Source: Dehalococcoidia bacterium
GTDB taxonomy: Bacteria; Chloroflexota; Dehalococcoidia; Plut-88900
Direction of reading: 5' to 3'
DNA length: 64,000 nt
NCBI GenBank assembly: GCA_965249275.1
Contig: CBDFLQ010000005.1
Coordinates: 384,001-448,000 of the forward strand
Below are positions 18,142 through 27,391 of this stretch, piece by piece (within the stretch, counting starts at the first letter, position 1; every line of letters starts with the position of its first letter). The notes beneath the pieces are model-generated. The model made no database searches. It was not told the DNA's origin and was given only the letters and a program-made list of their open reading frames with translations. A program made the position numbers and the translations under genes.

Positions 18142-19449
18142 CTATATTCCCTTCACAAATCTGCCAGGGTTCAGTGTCCCGTTCGGGTCGAACTGCTCTT
18201 TAATCCGCTTCATCAGGTCGACCTGGGGCCCTTCGAAGCCCCACACGTCGATACGTTCCTTCAATTGTGCCGGGCAGACCTCGACGACGCAATGGCCGTT
18301 CAGCGCCCCGGTTATCTCCCGCATTCTCTTCACCCGGGTCTCAATCTCATCAATGGAGAGGCCCTCGTCCCACCAGTACCCGTAGACGACTCCGTTGACC
18401 ATGTTACAGGAAACCGCCCAGTTCTCGCCGGAAATCTGCTTAATGCGGTTCACGAGGGTCACGGCGTCGGAGGGCAGGCAGGTGGCCTTGATTATCATAG
18501 TTGCGGGGGACACGGGGCGTCGTCCCGCGTCCCGGACTCTCTGCCACACCTCTGCTGTTCCCTCGGCGTCCTTTCGGGTCACTCGCCAGCCATTCGAATC
18601 GCATAACTCTACGACGCTCCGGGCTTGACGCTCAACCGCGTCACTCATACCGCCTATCTGCAACACCACCGAGTATCCATCCGAAACCCCCACCCCCTCC
18701 CCACCGATTAGCTGAAGGGCCACGGGGGTTACACCGGCTTCGCGCAGACCCTTCACAAAGGCTCCGGCCTCCAGGGGGGTCTTGCACGTAACGACTTGGG
18801 TGCAGGTTTCCTTGAACAGCGGGGCCAGCTTGAAAGCCGCCTCCACGATGATGCCCAGGGTCCCCAACGCCCCGGTGTACAGCTTGTTCATGTCGTACCC
18901 CGAGACGTTCTTGACCACCTTACCGCCGCCCTTGGTCACGTCGCCGTTCGGGTTCACGACCTTTATGCCGATCAGCCTGTCTCTGATCGCGCCGAATTGC
19001 GCCCTAATCGGGCCGCTGGAGTTGGCAGAAAGGATACCTCCGATGGTCGCTCTGTCCGGCAGGGGCGGGTCGAGGGGCAAGAACTGGCCATTTTCCCCCA
19101 ACTCTTCCTGCAAAGACGCAAGGGTTATCCCCGCTTCTACTACCACCGTGAGGTCTGAGGGCTCGTAATCCAGGACCCGGTTCAGCCTTGAGGTGCTGAT
19201 AACGAGATCGTTGCCACGAGGCCGGTTGCCCAGCCCCATCGCCGTTCCTCCACCCCAGGGCACGACCACCTTCCCATCCCGGTCCGCCGCCGAGAGGAGA
19301 TTGCTCAACTCCTCGATGGTGTTGGGAAAGACGACCGCTTCCGGCTCTAGGCCATCCACAGCGTATCCTTTGACACCCTGCCCGTGAGTTATTTTACGGT
19401 TGCGGGGAATCCGGTCGATCTCCCATTGCAGGGTGTGGGGAATGGCCAT
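18142..19449 (-). CDS. glcE: Glycolate dehydrogenase FAD-binding subunit
   Basis: ATIGGILSANSSGP, GGKVVKNVSGYDM, FDPNGTLNPGR. Confidence 0.85.
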   Translation of the reverse strand: MAIPHTLQWEIDRIPRNRKITHGQGVKGYAVDGLEPEAVVFPNTIEELSNLLSAADRDGKVVVPWGGGTAMGLGNRPRGNDLVISTSRLNRVLDYEPSDLTVVVEAGITLASLQEELGENGQFLPLDPPLPDRATIGGILSANSSGPIRAQFGAIRDRLIGIKVVNPNGDVTKGGGKVVKNVSGYDMNKLYTGALGTLGIIVEAAFKLAPLFKETCTQVVTCKTPLEAGAFVKGLREAGVTPVALQLIGGEGVGVSDGYSVVLQIGGMSDAVERQARSVVELCDSNGWRVTRKDAEGTAEVWQRVRDAGRRPVSPATMIIKATCLPSDAVTLVNRIKQISGENWAVSCNMVNGVVYGYWWDEGLSIDEIETRVKRMREITGALNGHCVVEVCPAQLKERIDVWGFEGPQVDLMKRIKEQFDPNGTLNPGRFVKGI

Positions 19450-19479
19450 GACGCTCTAACGCAGGGTGTCGGGCTCGGC

Positions 19480-20394
19480 CTACGACCCGGACAGCCAATC
19501 CTTGAGCACCTGGATGTGGTCCGGGGTGGTACCGCAACACCCACCTATGATCCGCGCTCCTTGCCCGCGCCACTCCCTGGCGTATTCGAGGTACTGCGCA
19601 GGGTTCAGGGCGTGGTCCCTGCTTCTTGGGCTGCCGTGGCCGGGGAAATGGGCATACGCGCCGAACGTTCCCGCCCAATTCTTTTTGACTATTTCCAACC
19701 CGGGCCCGGTTTCGCCCACGGCGGTGTGCATCACAAACACAGCATCGATGTCTTTGTCCTTGATGGCGTCCATGGCTTCCTGAAGGGACACTCCCCCGCT
19801 TTTGCCCTCAATTCCAAGATACAGTTCGCCTTCAACCGGGACCACGGAGTATCCGATCCAGACTGGAAGCCCCAACTCCTTAGCGACATCGATCACAGCC
19901 AGGGCATCCGATATCCGAATCAGCATCTCCCCTACCGCGACGTCAGGGCCGCCCTTGGCCAGCTCGCCAAGCTGCTCACGGTAAGTTTCCACCGCTTTTT
20001 CGTAGGGCACCGGAATACTGGCTTCCAGTTTGGGGGACATGGTAGATACGGAAGCTGCAATGACAACCGAGTCCTCCGCGCCGGCGTTCTTCCTGGCCTG
20101 CACGGCCATGTCGATTGCCGACTTGTTGGCCTCGGCGACCTTGTGCTCGAGCCCGCCGGCAGCCAGCATGTCTCGGCCCGTGGAGAAGGAGTTGGTGATA
20201 ATAACTTCGGCGCCCGCTTTTATGTATTCCTCGTGGACTTCCCTGACCACCTCAGGGTGGGTGATCATCGGGCCACCCGACCATACTTTGGGGCTGGATA
20301 TTCCTCTTCTTTCGAACTCCGATCCCATCCCGCCGTCTATCAACACCGTTTCACCGGCCGCAAGCCGGGCCTGCATCTTTTCAAAGTTGTTCAT
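19480..20394 (-). CDS. Homocysteine S-methyltransferase family protein
   Basis: IDGGMGSE, HEEYIKAGAEVIITNSF, IIGGCCGTTPDHI. Confidence 0.88.
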   Translation of the reverse strand: MNNFEKMQARLAAGETVLIDGGMGSEFERRGISSPKVWSGGPMITHPEVVREVHEEYIKAGAEVIITNSFSTGRDMLAAGGLEHKVAEANKSAIDMAVQARKNAGAEDSVVIAASVSTMSPKLEASIPVPYEKAVETYREQLGELAKGGPDVAVGEMLIRISDALAVIDVAKELGLPVWIGYSVVPVEGELYLGIEGKSGGVSLQEAMDAIKDKDIDAVFVMHTAVGETGPGLEIVKKNWAGTFGAYAHFPGHGSPRSRDHALNPAQYLEYAREWRGQGARIIGGCCGTTPDHIQVLKDWLSGS

Positions 20395-20439
20395 GTTCGC
20401 TTTCCTTGCAAAGTGCTTTAGTAGTTTAAGTCATGGCCT

Positions 20440-21882
20440 CTAGACATACATCCCCGAAACCTGGGGCACGGGTCTATGAAGCGCCGACTCTTGATGCGAA
20501 GGCGCTTCGTCGGGGAAGATCTTGCCAGGATTGAAGGTTGCCTTAGGGTTGAAGGCTGCTCGCAGGCGTTTCATGGCATCCATGTCCTCCTGGGTGAAGG
20601 CCCAGGGCATGTACATCTGCTTCTCCACTCCTATGCCATGTTCGCCCGTCAGCGCGCCTCCTACGTCGATGCAAGCCCTCATCACCTCTCCGCCCGCTTG
20701 TATCACTCTCTCCTTGACCCCCGCCTCGTGCTCGTCGAAAAGGATTATCGGGTGCAGGTTGCCGTCCCCGGCATGGAATACGTTGCCGGCCAGGACCTGG
20801 TAACGGCTGAATATCTCCTCTATTTTCTTCATCACTTCCGGCAGCTTGCTGCGGGGGACCACTCCGTCCACTATGTAATAGTTGGGGGCCACGCTTCCCA
20901 GGGCCCCGAAGGCGCTCTTACGCCCGGCCCACAGCCTTTCCCGCTCGGCGGGATCGTCGGCGGCGCGCACCAGGGTAGCTTTGTTGGCCTTGCAGATTTC
21001 CTCAATGGCCGAGGCTTCCTCCCTTGTCGACTCTTCCAGCCCCTCCACCTCTATGAGAAGCACGGCCCCGGCGTCCATTGGGAACCCTGCCTTTATCACC
21101 TTCTCCACGGCCCGGATTACCACGTCATCTATCATCTCAAGGGCTGCAGGAATTATGCCCGCCCCTATCACTGCCGAGACCGTGTTCGTTGCGTCGATAG
21201 GGTCGTCGTAGACTGCCAGCAGGGTCTTGACCGACTCGGGCTTGGCCATGAGCCGGACTATCACCTTGGTGACCACCACGAATGTCCCTTCTGATCCAAC
21301 GATGGCTCCCGTCAGGTCGTAACCCGGCACATCCCGCACCTTGCTCCCAACCCACATGAGGTCGCCGTTGTGCAGCACTACCTCAAGGCCCAAAACGTGG
21401 TTGGTCGTCACACCATAGGAGAGGCAATGAGGCCCTCCCGCATTCTCAGACACGTTTCCGCCGATGGTGCACGCCTTCTGACTGGAAGGGTCGGGGGCGT
21501 AGTAGAGCCCGAACTGGCTCACGGCAGCGCTCAGGTCCACGTTCACGAGGCCAGGCTCCACCACCGCAACGAGGTTCTCCGTATCGACCTCCAGGACTTT
21601 CTTCAGCCGGGTCAGCGGCAGAAGGAGACCGCCGGTCGAGGCCAGGGCGCCGCCGCTTATGCTGGTGCCCGCGCCCCGGGGCACGATGGGTATTCCCTCC
21701 CGGTGAGCGATTTTGACTGTTTTAGCCACTTCCTCGGCGGAGCCGGGTACGACCACTACTTCCGGATAGCCGGTTGCCTGGGAGCCGTCATATTCGAAGA
21801 CAATCAGGTCCTCGGGGGCGTACAGGACGTACCGCTCCCCTACCACACCGATGAGCTCTTCGATTATTTTCTGCGGGATCAT
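20440..21882 (-). CDS. glcD: Glycolate dehydrogenase FAD-linked subunit
   Basis: PRGAGT, YAPDPSSQ, NAGGPHCL.YGVT, HAGDGNLHP, GEHGIG. Confidence 0.9.
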   Translation of the reverse strand: MIPQKIIEELIGVVGERYVLYAPEDLIVFEYDGSQATGYPEVVVVPGSAEEVAKTVKIAHREGIPIVPRGAGTSISGGALASTGGLLLPLTRLKKVLEVDTENLVAVVEPGLVNVDLSAAVSQFGLYYAPDPSSQKACTIGGNVSENAGGPHCLSYGVTTNHVLGLEVVLHNGDLMWVGSKVRDVPGYDLTGAIVGSEGTFVVVTKVIVRLMAKPESVKTLLAVYDDPIDATNTVSAVIGAGIIPAALEMIDDVVIRAVEKVIKAGFPMDAGAVLLIEVEGLEESTREEASAIEEICKANKATLVRAADDPAERERLWAGRKSAFGALGSVAPNYYIVDGVVPRSKLPEVMKKIEEIFSRYQVLAGNVFHAGDGNLHPIILFDEHEAGVKERVIQAGGEVMRACIDVGGALTGEHGIGVEKQMYMPWAFTQEDMDAMKRLRAAFNPKATFNPGKIFPDEAPSHQESALHRPVPQVSGMYV

Positions 21883-21972
21883 TTCGTCTGTTCCCTAGAA
21901 GTTGGCTCGTGCCCTAAGGGGCAAGGGCCTCAAGATTTCTAACAATCCTACCACCTGATGTATTATTAGGAC

Positions 21973-22074
21973 ATGGCAGAAGAACCGAGAGAAAACAGGG
22001 AGCCGTCTGCGCGCCCTAAACCGCCCAGCCCATTCGTACCTATGCAGAAGGGCTTCCCGCCTAAGAAGAAATAG
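21973..22074 (+). CDS. Putative 33-aa Pro/charged peptide
   Basis: AGGA just upstream of ATG; MAEEPRENREPSARPKPPSPFVPMQKGFPPKKK*; overlaps the 3' end of the convergent ORF. Confidence 0.35.
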   Translation: MAEEPRENREPSARPKPPSPFVPMQKGFPPKKK

Positions 22075-22567
22075 GAAATGCTGCTCTGGTAAAAATCCAG
22101 ACTAGCAGAAATATTATTTCAAGCGCTGCTGCGGGAAGCGCCAATATGAACGCGGTGCCCTTGCTATCCAAGTGACGACGGTTATCATCCCACGCTGTTT
22201 GTACCCATTCGTAAATCTCCAACTTGAATGTATCTGCATCGAAATCCCAGTAAAATTTTCGAAGCAAGCCAGGACTTAATGTAGCCAAGGCATTGAAGTC
22301 CCTTGCTCGAAAACCTTGATACACCCAGAACCCCACCCACAGGAAAGCCCCTACTCCCAGATACAAAAACCAATTAGGCCAATAATGCCAAATCGTCAAT
22401 CCAGGTTCTCCTGGAACAATAGGCAAAAGGCCTACAACAATAATCGACACCGCAAGGGTGCCGATCAGTTTTGTGTCAATTGAAGAGGCCTCCCGACTTG
22501 ACGAGTCCAAAGCCTTGATCGCCAAGTTGTAAGCCGAATTTAGCGTCTTCGGTTCTACTGAACTCAT
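22061..22567 (-). CDS. Hypothetical 3-TM membrane protein
   Basis: 168 aa, GAGG RBS, two adjacent TMs plus a C-terminal TM, lower GC than neighbours. Confidence 0.7.
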   Translation of the reverse strand: MSSVEPKTLNSAYNLAIKALDSSSREASSIDTKLIGTLAVSIIVVGLLPIVPGEPGLTIWHYWPNWFLYLGVGAFLWVGFWVYQGFRARDFNALATLSPGLLRKFYWDFDADTFKLEIYEWVQTAWDDNRRHLDSKGTAFILALPAAALEIIFLLVWIFTRAAFPISS

Positions 22568-22657
22568 CCAGCCTCTAAGAGTTAACGTCCGTAGCGTATC
22601 AATCTAATTCGGGGCTTAGTCTATCACCCCACCCCTTCACCGACTATAATCCCCTTC

Positions 22658-23797
22658 ATGAAAATCGTCGTTGCGCCCCAGGCGTTCAAGGGGAGCCTCG
22701 GGGTGTTCCAGGTCTCCAATGCAATAGTCGCCGGCGTCCGTCGCGTCTTCCCCGATGCCGAAGTCCTCATCTCTGCTATGGCCGACGGCGGGGACGGCAC
22801 ACTTGAAGTCCTCATGCGAGGCACGGGCGGACGCACTTACGAGGACACTGTCACTGGGCCCCTCGGCGAGCCCGTCAAGGCCCTCTGGGGAGTACTGGGC
22901 AGCACTGATACCGCCGTCGTGGAGATGGCCAACGCCTCCGGGCTGGCCCTCGTCCCCAGGGACAGGCGCGACCCCCTAATTACGACAACTTACGGCACAG
23001 GAGAACTGATCCGACGAGCCCTCGACAACGGCTACCGCAAGTTCATCCTTGGTGTCGGGGGGAGCGCCACTTGCGACGGCGGTGCAGGCGTCGCCAAGGC
23101 CCTGGGCGTGAGGTTCCTGGATGAGTCCGGGGCCGAGCTTCCCTTTGGGGGTGGTCCCATGGCCCGGCTCGCAAAAATCGACGTCTCGGGTATCGATCCA
23201 CGGGCCATCGAGTCCATCTTCCAAGTCGCCACCGACGTCACCAATCCGCTCTGCGGCCCAGAGGGTACCGCTGCCATTTACGGCCCTCAGAAGGGAGCAA
23301 CTCCCACCATAATCGACCAGCTGGACGCCGCAATGGGAAACTTCGCAGACGTGGTGCGCCGGGACTTCGGCATCGACCAGAGGGACGATCCGGGGGCCGG
23401 AGCGGCGGGAGGGCTCGCCTACGGCATGAAGGTGTTCTTCCCGACAGAGCTCAGGGCGGGTGTAGAGGTGGTGGCCGACGCCGTCAAGTTCGTCGAGCAG
23501 CTTGAGGGCGCGGACCTGGTCATCACCGGCGAGGGGCAGATCGACGGGCAGTCATCCTACGGGAAGACGATCATGGGCGTCGCCTCAAGGGCCAAGGGAC
23601 TCAATATCCCGGTCATAGCCCTCGCAGGCAGCCTCGCTCCCGAGTACCGCTCCATCTACGAGCAGGGTGTTACTTCGGTTATGAGCATCGCGCCCGGTCC
23701 GATCGCTCTTGACGCCGCGATCCACGACGCCGATGCCCTCCTCACCGAGGCCACCGAGAGATCGCTCCGCATGGTGTCTATCGGAATGGGCCTCTGA
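22658..23797 (+). CDS. glxK: Glycerate kinase (GlxK/GarK family)
   Basis: APQAFKGSL, MADGGDGT, GGSATCDGG, GPQKGA, GAGAAGG, ITGEGQID. Confidence 0.92.
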   Translation: MKIVVAPQAFKGSLGVFQVSNAIVAGVRRVFPDAEVLISAMADGGDGTLEVLMRGTGGRTYEDTVTGPLGEPVKALWGVLGSTDTAVVEMANASGLALVPRDRRDPLITTTYGTGELIRRALDNGYRKFILGVGGSATCDGGAGVAKALGVRFLDESGAELPFGGGPMARLAKIDVSGIDPRAIESIFQVATDVTNPLCGPEGTAAIYGPQKGATPTIIDQLDAAMGNFADVVRRDFGIDQRDDPGAGAAGGLAYGMKVFFPTELRAGVEVVADAVKFVEQLEGADLVITGEGQIDGQSSYGKTIMGVASRAKGLNIPVIALAGSLAPEYRSIYEQGVTSVMSIAPGPIALDAAIHDADALLTEATERSLRMVSIGMGL

Positions 23798-23838
23798 GCC
23801 ACATTCAGACCAATAAGATCACGAAAATGGGGGCCTAG

Positions 23839-24540
23839 TTGGAAAATGTCACCGGCCCGGACGCCGAACTCAGGGGCTGCAAGTTCCCGGTCTTGGACAA
23901 GGGCTACGTTCACCTCCTCGACTACATAGGCGGCGACGAGCGGATCCTGGACGCGGCCCGGGTATCGACCGGCGCGAAGTCGGACCCCGAACGTGACCGC
24001 CGCCTCATCTTCTTCCTTATGGAGAACAAGCACGGCACTCCCTTCGAGCATGTTGTGTTCCAGTTCGTTATCAAGTGCCCCATATTTGTCGCACGTCAAT
24101 GGCTCCGTCACCGCATAGCCAGCTACAACGAGCGCTCGGCGCGCTACCGCATCTTCAAAGAAGAGTTCTATGTCCCATCCCTCGAGGACCTTCCCGGCAT
24201 CTTCGACGACGAAGACCTGAAGGAATACGAGGAGATGATGCACAGCGAGCACGAGTTCTATGAGCGTATGCTGGAGAAAGCCAAGCCTTTCAAGGAGCAT
24301 CGCAAGCGCACCAGGGAAGTGTTCCGGGGAGTGCTGGGTACGGCCTACTACACGGAGTTTTACTGGACGCTCAACTTCCGTGCACTTATGAACTTCCTGG
24401 AGTTACGGCTGGGAGAAGGCGCGCAGCCTGAGATCCGCGCCTACGCCCTAGCCATCGAGAAGATTGCCCAACGCGTCGCTCCTCTGGCATTCGAGGCCTT
24501 TGACGAGTTTTTCCTCAAGCCCGCAAGGGTCCATGGCTAG
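23839..24540 (+). CDS. thyX: FAD-dependent thymidylate synthase
   Basis: HGTPFEH, PIFVARQWLRHRIASYNERSARY, AQPEIR. Confidence 0.95.
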   Translation: MENVTGPDAELRGCKFPVLDKGYVHLLDYIGGDERILDAARVSTGAKSDPERDRRLIFFLMENKHGTPFEHVVFQFVIKCPIFVARQWLRHRIASYNERSARYRIFKEEFYVPSLEDLPGIFDDEDLKEYEEMMHSEHEFYERMLEKAKPFKEHRKRTREVFRGVLGTAYYTEFYWTLNFRALMNFLELRLGEGAQPEIRAYALAIEKIAQRVAPLAFEAFDEFFLKPARVHG

Positions 24541-25165
24541 CTCACCGCGACTTCCCGGCCTTTGCCTTGTCACCGATTCCTCGGTAGCTCTTCATGCGCC
24601 TTTAGAAGAAGTGGTGGCCGAGGCGGTGTCGGGTGGGGTGGGGATGGTGCAAGTCAGGGAGAAATCCCTGTCTACGGGCGAGCTCTGCGAACTTGCAGCG
24701 AAGCTGCGTCTAGTCACAAGGGGCAAGGCGCTTCTCATGGTTAACGACCGAGTTGACGTGGCCCTCGCCGTCGAAGCGGACGGTGTTCACCTTCCCTCCG
24801 AATCTCTGCCTGCCTGTTTCGTGAACAAGCTTGGTGGAGGGAGGCTGTTGGTTGGCAGGTCTGTGCACAGTGTTGAGGAGGCCCTGGTTGCCGAGAGCGA
24901 TGGCGCTGACTATCTAATACTCGGGACAATCTACGGCACTGCCTCCCATCCCGGCCGCCCGCCGTCGGGACCCGGGTTGATAGAGGCAGTCAAGACTCGG
25001 GTACGTACGCACGTCTATGCCATCGGCGGGATCAATGCCTCCAATGCTGGGGAGGTGATGAGCGCTGGGGCGGACGGCGTTGCCGTCATACGCTCAATTC
25101 TGGGAGCGCCCGATCCTCGCACTGCAGCTAGGGAGATTGCGGAGATAGTTGAAGGCCACAGATAA
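24533..25165 (+). CDS. thiE: Thiamine phosphate synthase (ThiE/TenI family)
   Basis: VQVREK, VNDRVDVA, DGVHL, GRSVHS, AIGGI; ATG overlaps the thyX end. Confidence 0.8.
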   Translation: MASSPRLPGLCLVTDSSVALHAPLEEVVAEAVSGGVGMVQVREKSLSTGELCELAAKLRLVTRGKALLMVNDRVDVALAVEADGVHLPSESLPACFVNKLGGGRLLVGRSVHSVEEALVAESDGADYLILGTIYGTASHPGRPPSGPGLIEAVKTRVRTHVYAIGGINASNAGEVMSAGADGVAVIRSILGAPDPRTAAREIAEIVEGHR

Positions 25166-25186
25166 ACTTTGGAAGAGAGGTCCCGG

Positions 25187-25954
25187 ATGCTCGATTTATC
25201 GGATAGTCACACACATTTGGAGGACTATGGGCCGCAGCTCCCGGAGGTCGTGCAACGGGCGCGGGATGTCGGGGTCAGGCGGATCATCACTGCCGGAAGC
25301 TCTCTGGAATCTTCCAGGGCCGCCGTACAGATAGCCGAGGAGTATCCCGACATCTATGCAGGTGTCGGCATTCATCCCCACGCCGCCCACCTAAACATCA
25401 CCGAGGCCACCTTCGATGAGCTTCGCAGTCTGGCCAAGTCCAGCGAGAAAGTGCTCATGATCTGCGAACCGGGTCTGGACTATTTCAAGAGCAAGGCGCC
25501 CAGGGAGGTGCAGCAGGACGTCTTCCGCCAGCACCTGCGCCTGGCCCGGGACCTGAGCCTGCCTGTCGTGTTCCACAGCCGGGAGGCCTATTGGGACTGC
25601 CTACGCATTCTTAAGGAGGAGCGGGTCTACGAGGTCGGGGCTATAATGCACTACTTCGTGGCCGACCAGCGAATCGCCGAGGAGTGCATGGACATGGGAA
25701 TCTATGTTTCCTTTTCGAAGACGCTCCTCAGCCTCCACCACCTCCATCCCATCGCCAAGTCCCTGCCCCTTGAGTACATGGTCATCGAGACCGACTCTTT
25801 CCCCCAGCCATGGAGAAAGAAGAACCCGTTGGAACCTGCCCAGCTGCTGCGCGTCGCCGAGAAGATCGCCGAGCTGCGCGGCATAACCGTCGAGGAAGTG
25901 GCCCGTCATACGACGGCCAACCTAAAGTACGTGGTCGGGGCTAAGTTACTATAG
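25187..25954 (+). CDS. TatD-family hydrolase
   Basis: DSHTHL, GIHPH, E.GLDY, HSREA, ETDS. Confidence 0.88.
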   Translation: MLDLSDSHTHLEDYGPQLPEVVQRARDVGVRRIITAGSSLESSRAAVQIAEEYPDIYAGVGIHPHAAHLNITEATFDELRSLAKSSEKVLMICEPGLDYFKSKAPREVQQDVFRQHLRLARDLSLPVVFHSREAYWDCLRILKEERVYEVGAIMHYFVADQRIAEECMDMGIYVSFSKTLLSLHHLHPIAKSLPLEYMVIETDSFPQPWRKKNPLEPAQLLRVAEKIAELRGITVEEVARHTTANLKYVVGAKLL

Positions 25955-26798
25955 GTGTGTCGTCCCGATTGGCCCACTCACCCATTGAACCGTCGTAGTT
26001 GCTGACGTTCTCGTAGCCGAGGAGTCGGAGGGCAAACATTACGTGCGCCGCACGTATTCCGCCTTGTCAGTAGGTGACTACCTTCTTTTCGGGAGTGATC
26101 CCCGCCGACTCGTAAAGCTGCCTTAGCTCTCTGGGCGGCAGGAAAGTCCTGAACTCGTCATCGGTGACGGCTTTCGTCCACTCGATATGGGTGGTGTCGG
26201 GTATGTGACCGCCGCGCTTGTTGCCCCGGGTCAGGACGCCCGTGTATTCGGCGTCGGTGCGGACGTCCAGGGTAACCCATGCAGAATCGTTGAGCCGATC
26301 CTTCAACTGGTCGAGGGTGCAGTTGTAGTCAGGCAGCAGGTTTGACGAAAATGTCGCAGGCCCGTGGGGAGACATAGGCTTGCCGCTGTGATACAGAGAC
26401 AGGGGCACGGCCTCGACGGGTCGACCCTCGCTTATCCATTTGTTCCAGCCACCGTTGAGCACCCGTACCTTCTCGTGACCGTGCATTCTCAATAGCCACC
26501 AGAGACGGCCGGCGTAGAGGCCACCCCAATCGTCGTAGGCGATCACGTCGTGCTCATCGCCGATGCCGACTGCGCTCATTGCCTCGGCGAACCGGTCGGG
26601 GCCCATGACCAGAACTCTGTTGTCCGGGTCCTTGAAGTAGTCGCGGTTCAGACCCATCGAGCCGGGGATGTGGGCTCGTTTATAGGCGTCGATAGGACCC
26701 ATGTCAACGATCCTCAGATTGGGATCATCCAGGTGCTCTGCGAGCCACTCTGTCTCGACCAGTAGGTCGGGCCTGTCGTGCTTGTTGTCGTTAGTCAT
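25941..26798 (-). CDS. Tandem-domain rhodanese/sulfurtransferase, selenoprotein (Sec at TGA 26067-26069)
   Basis: After VVTY-TGA the frame continues QGGIRAAHVMFALRLLGYENVSNYDGSMGEWANRDDTPIVT* (rhodanese C-terminal signature); TGA sits at the catalytic Cys position; hairpin follows. Confidence 0.88.
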
Positions 26799-26814
26799 GG
26801 TGTGTCCTGTCTAT

Positions 26815-27174
26815 TCAACTCCCGCCGACTGCGTTTTCGAGCGCCGCAACATCGTAGCCCACCACGGGCGTCGACCCACCTACGACTATCGGCCTCTTTA
26901 GCAGTGCCGGTTCCTGGGTCATGAGGTCCAGCTTCTCGGCGTCAGAGAGGGCGTCGATGTCCAGGCCCAGCTTCTTCACTGCCCTGCTCTTGCGGGAGAA
27001 GAGCTTGTCCATCGGGATGAGCTCAAGCAAACCTTCGATCTCTTCCCGAGACAAAGGTTCCTTGAAGATATCCCTCTCTATGTGGTCGATCTCCTTCTGC
27101 GAAAGAAACTCTTTCGCTCTTCTGCAGGAAGTTCAGGAGCGTTTTGTGTACAGAGTGATCTCGGGTGCAGGCAT
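26815..27174 (-). CDS. ArsC/Spx-family thioredoxin-fold selenoprotein (UxxC; Sec at TGA 27133-27135)
   Basis: AGGAGGAG RBS; MPAPEITLYTKRS-U-TSCRRAKEFL...LLKRPIV; hairpin GCGAAAGA-GTT-TCTTTCGC downstream of the TGA. Confidence 0.88.
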
Positions 27175-27263
27175 AATCTCCTCCTGATGCATATGATGCG
27201 GTTTATGAGGCCATTCTACGCGGCCCCTTCCCTCTAAGTCCAGAAGCCCATTCTCCCCCCAAA

Positions 27264-27292
27264 TTGACACTCCCACCACCCGACTATAGAAT
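27264..27292 (+). promoter_or_regulatory. sigma70-type promoter of the thiolase operon
   Basis: TTGACA-N17-TAGAAT. Confidence 0.7.
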
Positions 27293-27391
27293 AAGGGCCG
27301 CTTTCCGGGGGAATATTATCAACTTCGTTGCCTATGGACTGGGACACGCGCCCCTGTCATGGCACACCCCGTTAGTTACAGGAGGTCGATA

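Noticed and set aside
25941-27174. Two pseudogenes with nonsense mutations
   Set aside because: Both TGAs fall at catalytic Cys positions with downstream hairpins and intact frames, favouring selenocysteine
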